A stretch of 64,000 nt of DNA, taken from the IMG/VR virus record IMGVR_UViG_3300024262_006558, positions 1-64,000 of that record. One strand, 5' to 3'. Below are positions 63,603 through 64,000 of the stretch, one piece after another; position 1 is the first letter of the stretch; the number at the start of each line of letters is the position of its first letter. Made by a program: the position numbers and the translations under genes. The notes beneath the pieces were generated by a model. That model worked only from the letters and a program-made list of their open reading frames with translations. It did not search any database and was not told where the DNA came from.

Positions 63603-64000
63603 TATATACTTAGTTTTGTTATTGTTATATTACTATCATTAGCAATTGTTGTTAATGAACCACTTCCAGCATGAATAGATATTTGAACTTTTATCTTATC
63701 TCCTGAGTTAAATCTTTGTTTTATAGTTTTTGAAATGCTGCATTCGCCATTTGCTGTGCTTCTATGATATCCATAAGAAGCGCTTCTAAATATTTCATTA
63801 TATCCACCGCCAGAGTCTAACACAATTCTATTTTTTGAATTCTTTCTACCTCCTGAATTAATATCTATAGATAATCCATATGTTACCTCATAGAAACCAT
63901 CAGTTAATAGAGAAACTTCAGTGCCAGAATGAGAATAATTACTTCCAACTATTATTTCTGAATCCCAATTAACATCAGAATACACCCCTGTAGTAATAGT
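63602..64000 (-). CDS. Tail fibre-like protein, C-terminal part (5'-partial)
   Basis: Frame stays open to the window edge (TITTGVYSDVNW...); C1q-like beta domain; TAATG overlap with next gene. Confidence 0.7.
   Translation of the reverse strand, partial: TITTGVYSDVNWDSEIIVGSNYSHSGTEVSLLTDGFYEVTYGLSIDINSGGRKNSKNRIVLDSGGGYNEIFRSASYGYHRSTANGECSISKTIKQRFNSGDKIKVQISIHAGSGSLTTIANDSNITITKLSI

Noticed and set aside
1-64000. Stop-codon reassignment (seen in some large phages)
   Set aside because: Conserved genes are full length in the standard code, and TAG is used as a real stop (e.g. nrdA, patatin).
61287-64000. Diversity-generating retroelement template/variable repeat pair in the tail fibre
   Set aside because: Differences between copies are mostly synonymous and not adenine-specific, and no reverse transcriptase is in the window.
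1-64000. tRNA, rRNA or other structured ncRNA genes
   Set aside because: Intergenic gaps are short and AT-rich, with no cloverleaf or T-loop signature seen by eye; a tRNAscan-SE/Infernal run would be needed to exclude them fully.

Overview
AT-rich, gene-dense 64 kb segment of a large T4-like (myovirus-type) bacteriophage, coded almost entirely on the minus strand in the standard code. A Bacteroidota host is inferred from an exonuclease-PHP-type DnaE, Bacteroidota-like sigma-70, DnaQ, NrdAB and Hc1 homologues, and repeated TAnnTTTG promoter elements. All product calls come from motif recognition by eye; no database search was run. Left part: replication and metabolism (SSB, NUDIX, UvrD, DnaQ-like, sigma-70, Hsp20, NrdAB, DnaB-like, 5'-3' exonuclease, RecA, family A polymerase). 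Middle: tail and baseplate (hub with M15 peptidase, 22-aa-repeat protein, tape measure, two gp26-like chaperones). Right: RNase H, DnaE, portal, terminase, patatin and tail-fibre-like genes. Most notable: (1) a fractured dnaE whose halves carry a naturally split intein and enclose a Vsr-like endonuclease plus an unrelated passenger ORF; (2) a ~1150-aa late-type protein with two sigma-region-2-like domains; (3) a stand-alone ATP-cone/N-terminal NrdA paralogue directly upstream of nrdA; (4) a DnaQ homologue lacking its catalytic acidic residues; (5) an HNH-type intein in the portal; (6) a recurrent TATTTATA motif (reverse complement of the T4 late promoter) upstream of structural genes.
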